Part shown: positions 27,219-40,600 of the stretch, piece by piece | Numbering within the stretch: position 1 is the stretch's first letter | How the letters are laid out: every line of letters starts with the position of its first letter | From: Balanoglossus misakiensis | Lineage: Eukaryota; Animalia; Hemichordata | DNA length: 64,000 bases | Direction: 5' to 3' | Assembly (NCBI GenBank): GCA_040954595.2 | Contig: CM082584.2 | Span: 13,323,337-13,387,336 of the forward strand | The notes under the pieces: generated by a model | Told to the model about the DNA's origin: nothing | The model's database searches: none | What the model saw: only the letters and a program-made list of their open reading frames with translations | Program-made: the position numbers and the translations under genes

Positions 27219-29631
27219 TTATCTTCTGTAGAGCTGACCAGCGCCGTCCTCAAGGTAGGCCGGATTGCTTATAATCACTTGGTCCTGAAATGAGAACAAA
27301 TAGGGAAGTCCATGCAAGATTGATTAACATGCAGTGCTTCAAGAAATCCTGATCTTAGAGGTTTGACATGCATGCTTAATGATTTGCATCTCCTGCAGAC
27401 TGCTGTAATTCACAAAGTGAGACTAGCATGTGCGATGGATGATTTAAAGTGCTTGGCTGTCGTTTGATGTCTGGCAAATAATTTTGAAGGAAAGATGAAA
27501 TGCAGGCTGGCAATTAACAGAATGAGAGGAAGCCCTTACAGCGTTATCAGTAGAGCAAGTACAGCATGATGACTGCAATCTACTTTTAAGACTGAGGATC
27601 AATGCAAAAGTACTAATCAATATTTTCCGAGCCTGTAATATGTTAATTGTTGAAGCGATCTTATAGCTGTGTTAATGTGAAATGAATGATACCTACTGAT
27701 CTATTTCTTGAGTTAGATCTGTCAAGCGGCAGAGTGTGAGGAATATAAGTTTGGTTGCCGTTTGACTGTACATGATTTAACTTAGGCCTTGGTAATGTAA
27801 CTACGCCGATACCTTCTTGTTTGAGTTCCGTGATGGGATCCTGTAGTTTTGGGCTGAAGAAATTCAACACCACTATGCCCTGGGTAATCAATTAAGAAAA
27901 TACAAAGCAATTAAGATATTGGTACATGTACAAGAAAATTACAGGCAGAGGCAAAATTATTTTTGTTGACCAAAAACAATTCTGGCACTACAATCTCTTT
28001 ATCTCAGCAAATATACATTTGAATCAGAACAGTGTATAGAGTAATATGTATAAGAGACTGACCAAGTATGCTGCCACTGCTGCTCCAAGCAAAAATCCTA
28101 TCAAGACATCGATGCCATCATGTCTGTACTGTTGCATGTCCAGCAAACCACACATATAAGCCAGAGTGACAACACCAAGGGACAGCAGAGGTCCGAGCAA
28201 ACGAGAACCACTGATGCTGAGCAAAGACTGGATGTAGGTCTGTGGAGAAAGAAAAAGAATGAGGTCAAAAAGCTTTCCGGTTTCACTGCACTTTCAAGGA
28301 GTACAGGTAGTTTCAAATTCCGGGACTTTTTAGGATTTTCCAGACGTATGCAAACTCTGGACAAGTCTGTAAAACTACATAGTGAAATACATCTGCCAAA
28401 GAAATAAGACTTACAGCAATGAAGACTGCACAGTACATGGTGAGAGCCGCGTTCAGAGATGGAAATGACATCCTGTGAAATGAAATAAATTCATAAATGT
28501 TACTCTAATGATTAGCATTTTTATAGTCTAGTTTAAAAATGGGTTTAGCATAAGTGTGTTTTACGGTACCTTACTAGATAATTTTCATCATCACATCCTG
28601 TACAAATACTGTCATATAATGGTCAGTATCAGCTGCACTTCCTGTTCTAACATAGCCATCAGTCAATTACCTTGCCTGATTGATGTCATTCACATTCCCC
28701 ATACAAATACTGTCATCAGTGATGTAATTCGAAGCAGCGCAGTCTGCATGGGTCGTGTTAGGATTGCACACAGTCAGAAAGTAAGGTGTCAGACGTCCAG
28801 TCATCAGCTGACTGACATCGGTCAATACCCAGGTCACAAAGCCTCCAAATGTACACACACCTGTCGATTGAAAACGCAATGATTATATTGATGACCATTG
28901 GCCTAAAACGATTCAAATCTGATGTATACACCCAGAATCAGTCATGTAGAAAACAGCCTTCAACCAGAGCAAAGGAATGCTGACTTTTCAAATGGAAAGA
29001 TCAGGTCAATGTTGTACCACACGCAAGTGACAACCATGAACTCATACATTCCTAAACATCCAACTCCCCCACATACATGTAAAGACAATAATTGGTCTCA
29101 TGATTGCCATGGTAACTAAACTCACCAACAAATCGTACCATCCTTCTAAAGACAGGGTGGAGTTCAATGCAACTGCAGGTTTTCACAATCTTTTCTTGTT
29201 TATCGAAGCTTCCGGACTTTATGTGGTATACAGACAGACTGGCCTCACCAAATAATACCTGAAAAATACATAAAAGGAAGATGACTGATGTACATCATTA
29301 ATACTTTTCTTGGCCAAACTGCAACATATATGTAACTTGTGTAAATGTTATTACAGCTTTGTAGAATTGAGATACGTACCACAACCAATGGCAGTGCAAA
29401 ACACATAATATAGATCATTATTTCAGGTAATATCAGATCACTATCCTTGATGTAAGGCTTCATCAGGTCTTCATTGTTGCATGCAAATCCTCTCTTGGCC
29501 ACTGTGAATTCATCAGTGAACTCTAGGAAGTACCAGAGCACGACCACAGCAGCCATGATTAGGCAGTCTATAAAGAGGAAGCATGGTATGATGCCGTTGT
29601 TGGTGGTCACTAGGGGTCCTTTCTTTCTCAT
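27219..29631 (-). CDS. Phospholipid phosphatase-related protein (PLPPR/PRG family), paralog B
   Basis: Motifs [110 protein letters not shown]. The final exon probably reads DQVIISNPAYLEDGAGQLYRR*, but its phase is not certain. Confidence 0.88.
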
Positions 29632-32600
29632 GGTTGCTTCTTACTTCTTGAAGTCTCTGGAAGTTGATGAACATTAAGACAAAGACATGACTCATATTGT
29701 CAAGCTAGGAACTTTTTTGCACCATTTTTATAAGACTATAAAATTCTGGCTGTCGCCCAATGTTTGAATTAATGCATTGATTTTGCATTCACATCGTCAT
29801 AAATGGATGTCTTGTATAATATTTCAATGAGATCATGGCTGCATGTATAAGAACAGGATCTGTGTACATCATGATGTTGTAATCTGTGCGTTCCATTTCT
29901 ATTAATTTTTCAGTTTGGAAATTGCGAGTGTTAAGCTTGTCATTTTATTGCTGCCTCTACATAAAGGAGTTAGATGGGCTTATTAAATTCTTCTTTGAAA
30001 CTGCAAATATCATCTCAATCAAATGCTTTGTTGTATAGTGTTGAGCCTGGCTTCATCCTGTCAAATGGGATAAATTACTGCATACACCACCTGAGGACAT
30101 TCTAGTCATTTTATGCAGCGCAGGCAGGGATATAATATTCAGAACCACAGATTGAAATATTTCACAGGAAGATCTGCAGGGCGTCTGACATTCCATATTC
30201 AATGGATATCAGATCGAGAAAGGATATTAAAAACACGACTTGAGTGACAGTATTCACAATTTAGTCAATACGCGTATGCATGATGCTAATAAATGTTTGC
30301 AAATTATGATGACAATATGTCTGTATATCAAAATTATGCTGCGTCTTCTTTATAAACTCATTCTAGATATATCACATGGAGTAAATGATGGATAAACATG
30401 TTTCAGCAAAGTAATAGCAAGCTTGAGACACTAAAAAACAAGCTTAATTGAACTGTCACAGTAAATTTCCTGGGGTAATCTGTACACAATACTTTAATGG
30501 ATGTTGTTAATTAACGTAACATGGTTTGATTAATGTGTTCACTTATTTCAGGACATGAACTGTGAATACTCCCTGGTAGACACAACTTAAATAAAAATGA
30601 AAGCAAATATGAATTGTTCTATTTGGATTCTGACTGTGAACATTCATAACATTTGCCAGGCAATTGTTTGAACTGTTCACCAGAAAACGGATGGGTTGAA
30701 CATTTAACCTTGTTGTCCATATGTGCTATAAAGAATGTGTGGAATTTTGGTGACTGACCAAGCAATAACACCCAGACTGACTCATTTGTAAGTAGCTTTA
30801 CATATCCCTTCAGAGCGAACAGAACAAGCTGCGCACAAAAAAGGGCGAATTTGCAAATGGGTAAATACTTGGAAACCGCTAAACAAACACTTTTCACTGA
30901 GGCTACATTACCTTCTGGTTCAACTCTGCTATTTGAAGAATCTAGAACACACCTTACTGACTTTAATCATTCAAATGAGATTCTGAGGCAAGCCTGGTGA
31001 AAAGTGATGTATTTAATAGGTATAGGGGCTATTGTATGGGTCGTTTGTTACATTATATTGGAGTGTGCTGGTACATGTATCACCTGTGGTCCACACATCA
31101 GAGACTATCTGGTATGTCCTCACATATACACCCGCATACCTTATACACTGTCTTCAATCATTTTAACCTAACTCTTTCTTTCTCCATGGCGACAACACCA
31201 CAGCGACCATGATCACTCTTCTCAGTGTACAAGGTTATACATATGATGACATGCTACGTGTATACATGTAGTATTTTTTCATTGAATGACCACGGGACAA
31301 TGTGAAGTACAGATCCGATCCACCCAACAAACACTCGTGTACGAACAGAACTGTAAACATGAAAAGAACAACATGCTACACCTACCTGTAATACGAGGAA
31401 TATCTCTTCACCGATCTCCTCTTAACAACTAGCCGTGGCAACTCTGACAATTGCAGGTCAGCTGTGTATTCTTCTGTTTGATTGTATTGTACCCGAACCT
31501 CAGACTCTGTGTTACTCTTACCCTTCTACCACACCCTGCATTGGAGGGGAATAACACAGTGTAAGGTGTAGCTTTTGTTTGTATTCATCAAATTAACGTC
31601 TTTCATATGTAGATTTATACGATGCGTGGTTAATCAAGGTGAAAGCGCAAGTGGGTGGTACCATTATGTTTTTGGGGGTGGCGCCGTGGCGAGTATACAA
31701 ATGTATGGGTAGATTATACACAAATATATCAAGTATTTCATCTAATGTGACTCTAAATCAACCGGAATAAACAGGTCCATTATTTTCACAAAGTATTTCA
31801 GTAATAATTTTAATACAACTGTATCTAAATCATAAGTTAAGCGCATGTTACTAAATGTTCTGTTCATCTTTAAAGCATCGGATTCTTGATTCACTGGTGT
31901 AAACAGGAATCCTCAGGGAAAACTGTATGGACTGTTGGGCTTCCATGACTTTGGCTATAAATTAATTTTCACAATATTCTTCCCTTCTTGGACCAAGAAG
32001 TGTTCTTTGAGCCTTTTTGTAACATTTGAGTCATAACTTTTCTTTTCATCCTATCTGACACACAGTATTAATGCCAGTAGCCACAATCCCGTTCACACCC
32101 AACCTGCTGGCATTTCACACAAATGGTGACATAACTTTCCTGTCTGGAGGCACAAAACAAATGGTGATTATAATAATAACTCATCTACAAAAAGGAAACA
32201 TGTTATTTACCAATTTAAGGGGTTGTTGCCCTTTAAAGGGACAAACATCGCTATTGGTTGACATTAGAAAAGTACATTGTGCATATATGTAACTACAGCC
32301 ACTCTCACATGATGTCAAATGGCAATAAGTTTATCCCCTAAATAATGACAAGTTATCAGTTTAAAACTGGTATGCCATCTTAGTAACAGTTTCCCCATAA
32401 ATTTGTGGAGGGACTGAATGTAACTATTAAAACTTTGTCAATGTGATGAAAGTGATGCAATTAATGTCCATGACAATCACAAGAAAACACCACACTTTGC
32501 TGACAGATTCTCAATTTGACCCACAGAGGCAAACTGCGTGAATACCTCCACCTATTGAACCCTGGCTGTGCCCTAAAGCCAGTGAACTGTAACTGACACA

Positions 32601-33317
32601 AAGCAAACAAGTGGCCTATAAACTGTTGACCAGCAACCCATTTACACTGTAGGTACTAGGTGTGTTTCCACTGGACATAACTAGAATTCACTCTACCTTG
32701 ACCTGTGCACCTACATTTTAGATGCCAGATGAGGGTATACATGTCTGTAAGGACACATTCCAAAAGTTACCCATAGAGACAATGAACTCTATAAAATTTA
32801 TAGCTCTTCTTTTCAGATATGTAGGTTAGTTAAACTACTGGAAGAGTTGTGTGCAGTTTGGCTTGTTTTAATATATAATCACTTTAAAAATGTTGCATTA
32901 AGCTGTGAAAGTGTAGCTTTTAACAGTTGGGTCTCTTTATTGTGATGTCTAAGGTCATCTCATGGTCACTGAAAGGTTAACTTGGCGGTTGACTGCATTA
33001 GATGAACTAAGACACAACAATAAAGAGACTGCCATATAAAACTACAATTCCACAAGTAAACTTCTGTATCCTGAACCAAAGTGCAGAGCGTGAAGGCTGA
33101 CAGTTTTTCTGAACACATAACACCAAAATATACTTTCCAGTTTTGGTTGTTTTTCTGGTTGAGTTTCACCTTAGATATCCCAAGAACAAGATGGTATATA
33201 AAGGGTTTCTTCCAATTTTTGACTGGATCAAACTTCGCTAAACTGACCCAATCTATGCAAGAAAAAGTAAAAGTGCCGAAACAGGCCCTAAAAGTCACAA
33301 TTCTGATCTACACTTAA

Positions 33318-33977
33318 AGGGACAAAGTCTCTCTCTCACTCTTCTTTTCCCATTTATTATGTTTGATTCACTACACTGTTTATGTTAATGCACATGTGGA
33401 TATATAGTGAATCAACATTCAACCATCACGTTTGTAGGATATGAGAGTAAAAATCTCGCCAAAATGAATAAATGGTAAACACCGAATATTCATTTTGGCG
33501 AGTTTTTCACGCTCGTGTCAACAAGTGGGATGGAAGGTGTGTGTGGTTGAACTATGAGTAAAATTTCTCCATAATGTTTACCATAGAGATTGTCAAAGTC
33601 ACTAAATTTGGCGGCCATTTTGAATTCCATAGACTAAGCACAGATATAGGCGGCCATTTTGAACCTCAAATTTGGCGGCCATTTTGAAAGTCTTAATTTT
33701 ATTTTGAAAAGACCCCTCCCCTGAATTTAATGAGTAAATGAAGAATAATTTTCGGCAATAAATGAATAATCTAAAGTAGCCAAAAATGAACAATCAGTGT
33801 TTACCATTTATTCATTTGGCAAGATTTTTACTCTCACATCTATATGCAGGATGGAAGTTGTTTGTGGTTGAACGTTGATTCACTATATACATGTATTCAC
33901 ATGTACTTAACATCAATGGTGTCTTGTAGCAAACATAATTAATGGGAAAAGGGCAGCAAGAGAGAGACTTTGTCCTT
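33318..33977. mobile_element. Non-autonomous DNA transposon (MITE), Kolobok-like, ~660 bp
   Basis: TTAA on both sides (33314-33317 and 33978-33981). Termini AGGGACAAAGTCTCTCT / AGAGAGACTTTGTCCTT. Imperfect inverted arms ~185 bp long. Three internal GGCGGCCATTTTGAA repeats at 33610-33688. No ORF. Confidence 0.8.
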
Positions 33978-34652
33978 TTAACACTGAAATGGTCAAGAAC
34001 ATATGTATGTATAATATATGGTACATGATCAAATATCGTGTGCATGTATACATGTATTTCATTTTAAACTACAAACTTTTCGTTCATTTTCGTCAACTTG
34101 TAATAACTGCGTGCACTATGAAAACATCTATAAGAAGTTTGGGAACATAACAGGCCAAGATAAGGACGGGTTATACATTAATTTGCTTTAAAAGTATGAC
34201 ACCATTTTCACCGAGAAGATGACGGATTTGGACGACAAAGTGAAACTAGAAAGATACATGGATTTCACTTTCTGTCGTACCAGAAAATTTGTGAAATTCA
34301 GTCGACATTGCTTATCTCTCTGAAAGAAAAGTAAGAAGCTGTGAATAAGTCAAATAACAGAAAGAGTCAACTGCATCCACATAAGAACAAAATACCAACA
34401 CAAGTACGTACCCTGACCTCAAATGACCCAATGCAGGGAAACTCAAAGTTATATATATCGCCCTCGTGTGGCAGAAATAGTTCTAGTTAAATATCTTGGC
34501 CAGTCTGAGGTCAACGACACTTAACACAACATAGTCATTCCCGTATGGCTGAAAAAACGGTTCTTACCAGAATATCACTGGTTCAGACATCCAAAAATCG
34601 TTTACATGCTGTACTCTTTGCATCTTGTCGATAAGAATAAGTCTTCTGAAGC

Positions 34653-37600
34653 ATGGCTGAAGCAAGAGAAGGTAGGATAATTCTCTAGCTCATGTACACG
34701 TGCATCTAAAAATCGGATATCAAACCAAACTTGGTTTGTTCACTGTATATACTATGTGAAAACTAAAATTTTGACTCATGGTTTGTTTCTTTCGTTTCTC
34801 AGATGACTGGGTAATAACTGATGAGCAAAGAACTCGCTATGACGCTCTTTTTTATAGTCAAAATCCTGTGATTGGTCTACTTACAGGTAGAGTAAATTTG
34901 GTTGTTCACAGCTTTTAATTATTCCACTTTCATTCGAAGTGATGTGGTGTGACCCCCATTGATTTTAGGAGATCAATAAGTTTTGTTGTTTTTGACTTAA
35001 TCCACAGGTGAGAAGGCAAGAGACTTGTTCCTAAAGTCGAAGTTACCATTGCAGACATTGAGTCAAATATGGTACGTTTCACTGATGATGATTTCACATC
35101 CTAAAAAAATCAGTTTCACTTTTTTGTATTCAAGTTTTAATTAGTCTGGAATCCAGACATGGTTTGTTTTTAAGAGCAAGACTGAGTCTGGATTGTAGAC
35201 TAGTTTTAGTTGAGCGCCAAATCTGTAGAGTCTGGGTCACTATATCTTCATATGGAAAGGGGGGGGGGGAGAGCATTCGTTATTAAGCGGGGTTGCGGAA
35301 GGGTGGGGCACATTTCCCAACCTGGCAAATTTCGTGCCACTGTAAGAGTTACATATATTGTGTAAAGACAAACAATATTTTACAGTCTGCAAGGAGTGGG
35401 TGGTTGGGTCCACTGAATATACCTGTGTGTATAATCACCTTTTACCCCAACTACTCAAAGCATTTGCCCCAAGTGACCTCTGGGTCAGGAGCTGCCATTA
35501 TTCACATGGGTGTACAATGATAACAAAAAAGAGATTATCAGCTCAGCAGGAAATTACTGTTTAAAAAAACTAGTGAAGCGTTACTCTAGATATTGTATTG
35601 GTATTTTCTCTTAATCACATTTGGAAATTGCGGAATATTTTCAGAGAATGAGTAGTTAATGAGATGGAGTAATATTGGATGTGAGTGGAATAATAAAATT
35701 ATTTGCAAGGAAAGATAACATGAAATTGTGAATTGAATCAGAAGAGTAACATATGGCTGCAATTTCAATACATTAAGCAAATAATTAGAAAATGTTGAAA
35801 TATGTTATGTAGTACTACCCGATTTGAATGGCCGATTTATTAAACGTATGGTATCTACTTTTCTCCATTTTTTTCTCTCTTTATGATCGTGAAAGGTGTT
35901 TTCAGCTGAATGCAAAATTTCAATGTCTGTAACATTAGTTAAGTAACTAAAAATTCTCACTATTGGCCCTGGACAAATTGTGTGAATTTTTGGCAACTCA
36001 CAGTCCTTCCATCATGGTAATGGAAGAATAGAATGACATGCTATGTGTCATTTGAAAGTTTCTTATCTACAGGATAATGGTCTTGTTCAGTACTACAAAG
36101 GAAAACTACAAAAGAAAATCTTGCCCCTTTCTCTGGATCCTTGATAGACATCAGATTCAATAGTTATACAATTGTGCAGGCAAGACCTGGCACACAATGC
36201 CCACAGGTCACATGTCTGTGCAATAGATGATATGACTATTTCCCTAGGGAACTATAGGCCTTCTATAGTCAGTGTACGGCTTGCAAAACTGTGAATCTCA
36301 CGTTCACATGGTTGAAACATGGAGTTGTTGTTTTATCTGACTTAACTGTCGTCTGTTGAAGGTCCTGTGTTTGATTCTGTTTTACACAATAGATGTCATG
36401 AAAATTTGATCAGGAGATTGCAACCAGATGACTGACATCCTGTTAACATAGATTAATATTTGATAATGTAAAATAGCGATAACTGCAGAAATTTGAAGTA
36501 CAAAATGAGAGAATATGAATAATTTATAAAACCTGCTGCCACAGTAAGATCTGGGTGAATGCAAAACTCTGATTATTTATTGTGTGTGTAAATAAAGAAT
36601 TAATTAACGTCAAATGAATGAAAAGCTGCATTCCTTTGTATGTCAAAGTGAATCACATATGTCCACTGATCAGAGGACATGATATACAAGGTGACACATC
36701 TGTTGCACTTGTTATTGTGAGAACGTACTGATATTTTTGCCAGCCATACTCTTTTAAGTAGCTATTACCATGGCAACCAATAAAGATCAATAGCAGAACT
36801 AAGAGGGGTAGTCTGCTGATATAGATAATGCAAAAATTATATTTATCTGTTTTCATATAATTTCAAACCTTATGGCTGGAAATAGAGTTATTTAAGTGCA
36901 GGCAATAATTGTATTATTGTATTTATGCATAAGAATTCAGAGTTAACCTTTATTTCACCACTAACTGTAATCTGCAGAATGTACAAACTATACTTTGATC
37001 TCAAATTAACCGTAATCAGTAATACAATAGATAAAATGCTAGAAACAGCACATTTTCATTAATAATTAAACAACAGCAACATTTCTGGTTGGAACATTAT
37101 CTCAATATTAGTTGCAGATATATTTTGTATAATAGTGTTGTTTCCCCCAGATATTAATGCATTGTCCCCCATAAAGAATTAACACATCATGATCTAACAG
37201 AATTTGTTGCAAATATGGTACATGTGATTATTGAGCTCTTAGTGGGTAAAACTAAGAATGTTCCCATTGTTACCACCAAATTGTTTTGAATGATTTTATG
37301 TAGACAGAGTAATTCTTAGTGTCTTTGATCACTTTCCAGGAAATTATGTGACATCAACCATGACAATATGCTGGATGCAAATGAGTTTGCCATAGCCATG
37401 CATCTTATGAACTACAAACTGAGAGGAAAGAAGATTCCGCAATCACTGCCGGAATGCTTGATTCCGGAAACCCAACCTGCAAGCGATGTTCCAGTCATGA
37501 CAGGGAAGGAGAGAGAAGCCTATCTTCATGTCTTCAAGAAACATGACAAACTAGAGAGTGGATATCTGAAAGGTAAAAAAAAATGACGGTCATCTTTATT

Positions 37601-40600
37601 ATTATCGACATCACTGAACATGATTTCAAATGCTGATAAAGATAGTGATTATTCATTTTTTTCTGTTTATTCTGTCAAAACTCAGCTGACTATGCTAGGA
37701 ATATGTTCCTGAGTTCCAAGCTGCCTGTAGGTGCCCTTGCGCAAGTTTGGAATCTGTCAGATATCGACAGAGATGGTCAGCTTGATTCTGACGAGTTTGC
37801 CATCGCTTTACATTTACTCAGGTTTCTCAGGAGAGGTAAGAAACTAATATGACTTTGGAGCCAAATAAGACTATGATTGGATATTTAAATATTTTTATAT
37901 TTCAAATAGAAATCATTTAAGCTGGTCCAACTAAAAACCTGTATTACAAGATTGTTCAAGCTGTTAAAATCTGAAATCCCATTTACATTGTAAGTTTTTG
38001 GAATAATTTCAGTATTTTGTTGACTTTTAACTTTGTATACATTCCTTCATATCAGGCAATCAAATACAGGGGTCCATAAATGTACTTGAAATGCTTCCAG
38101 ACAAGTTGCCTTCAAGTAGTGTTGAAGCGAAGAGAAGAAAGTAAGTTGGGAGTTTTTACTACCAAAACTCACTTGGCAGAAATTCCAGATTTTCGTTAAC
38201 CTAGATGAAGCTGTCCTTGAAGGACGCAGAGACATTTCAAAATAAAGAAGCATGTCCATTGAAGTTGTGCTGTTGTCTTTTCAGAATTGCTGAAGTTGAG
38301 ATCCAGAAACAGAAATTGTGTGCAGTTAAAGAGAGGAAACAACTTGAGATGGTCAAAGACGGTAAACGAGTGGAACTTGAAAGAGAGAAAATCAGGGTGA
38401 AGAAAATGAGGGTGAGAATAAAATTTGGAGAGATCATCTTTCTTTGATTTTTGAAGTAAAGTTTTACATATCAGAGTCCATGACTTTAAGACCAAAGATT
38501 CATATAAGTATACACAAATCTACTCGTCTGTGTGCTACCAAGGGTTTATACAGAAGGACTTGGGGTCACTTGTGCCAAAGGGTCATGTATATTCTCTGAC
38601 AACTAATCTTGGTTATTGCAGATAGCAGTGCAGAGAGAGCAGTGGTCCACAGACAAAAAAGTTCTACAGCTAAGTGAGATAGAACAGGAAGAGAAAACCC
38701 TTACTACAGACTCTGTGAATTTAGAAAAGCTTGAAAAGTCTTTGTCAGGGTATGTACTTAATTATGAATACTTATGCTAAGCGTTCAGGCTTAACCCTTT
38801 TATCACCATCATGGAAATTAAATCCCTGTATTCAATATCAGTTCATTAGTCAATAAAAGATGAATTGAGAATTAAGTAGCTATAATCTGTTAGGAATGAC
38901 TAATGTGGACAGCTTCAAATTATACTGGGAGGAAAGATTGGAATATTAGATGTTATGTAGTTGTGTTTAATTAGAACTTTGCGTGTTACAAATTTTGATA
39001 GGTGTTTTGTTGAGACTGTAAAACTTAGTAAAATTGGACTTTTTGTTTCAAAAGTTTTGAATACAATATATGTGCTTGTACCACAGTTTAGCCACCGAGC
39101 ATGAGAAATTGGTAGAAGAAGAAATCCGGCTGAATCTGGAAGAAGAACGTCTACAGACGGAAAAGAGATTACTGGAAAAGGAAGCAGATGAAATCAAACA
39201 GGTGAATTATGTTTCAACATGCACCAATTGCAAATTGATTTGTTTGAAAAACAAAAGGGCATTTGTGGTCTCTTGCAGTTTGTTGATGGCGCTTTTCAAC
39301 CACCTGTAGGAATATCAAGTGAACTGTTTTCAATTCTTCACATTGTTTGCCAAGAGTATTACATTTCAATTTGAAAACTTAGACTTGTAAACACCTTTAT
39401 ATATTTGTGTTTTTGTTGTTTAGGAAGCTGAAAGGAATAAACTTCACAAGGAAATCGACCCGTTCCATTCTTTACATGAAAAGAGGAAAGGTATTCACAA
39501 TCTTTGTTTATGTCACAACAAGTGACTACCCTTTATTTGTTCTGTGTATGTAGGCCACCATTTATCATTAACAGTTCTGCATAATTTACTTCAGTTTTAT
39601 ACGGAGAAGGATAGTTTTGCAACCTACTTGTTTCCATGCAGTATCATGTGACAGTCATGTGACATGAAGATTCATAACAAGTGACCCTATTAGCCACTGA
39701 GCCCCAGTGGAGCATAAACGAGAGCTGCGTTAGTGATTGTTTGATCATTTGAAAAGAAAAGTTTCACAAGGTTGCAAAACATACCAGAAAGAAAGCGTTT
39801 CTGTTTTAACTCTATTTTAGTCAATAAATTTTATTTCACTTATCATTACTAACACTAAGCTCCTTCATACTCTCCATCACTTTTTCTCAAGACTCACTGA
39901 AGGATCCATGGAGTATAAAGAACAACATTGCTTGGCATGATGGTATTTCTTGCAATTTCTGCCAATGTTCACACACTGTCTGTCAACCAACTCCAAGCTT
40001 TCTCTGTAAAATAAATTCTTGCGTTTGGGACAGTGGGAGTATTTTTGTCACCTACACAATTGCATGTCTCTGTGTTTGTTGACAGCACTGCATCTTGCAC
40101 TGCATCATGGGAGAGTGTCACTCAGATGGTTCACCTTTGACATTGACTTCATCACAGATATTCTCTGCACTGCCTAGCAACCCCAACCTACCATAGCAAC
40201 CCCTTCATCCAGTCACCTAGTTCAACACTGAACAGCATGTCTATTTGTTGGTTACTATGACAATAAAAGGAGAATCTAGATGAACATAGATATTTTATTT
40301 CCCGATTGAGACGTTCATAGCATAGGCCTCTGAAAAGATCTGCATGTATGGCTAAGTGTACATGTAGTCATATATTTCATAGTGTGGTTTGGTCATAATG
40401 GCTCCAATACTTTCATCTGTGAGACATCCTGTCTTGACAAACTCTATGGTTTCCTCTCTGTAAATAATAAATATGTTAGTTACCTTTTCAATAATTAATG
40501 GAAGTTTTACGTTGTACAAGATTCTTTGCACCTAGATTTAGAATAACATCTGGAGAATGGAAGTTAGATTTTAGTGTGTGATGGTGCAGTTGTGTTTGTC

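Noticed and set aside
33600-33690. Three regularly spaced ~15-21 bp repeats resembling a mini CRISPR array
   Set aside because: Eukaryotic context, spacers too short and irregular, no cas genes; these are internal repeats of the MITE.
34653-39490. Assigning the symbol ITSN1/2, EPS15 or REPS to the EH gene
   Set aside because: No SH3/DH domains, third EH domain, DPF array or UIM seen; the downstream architecture differs, so no symbol was given.
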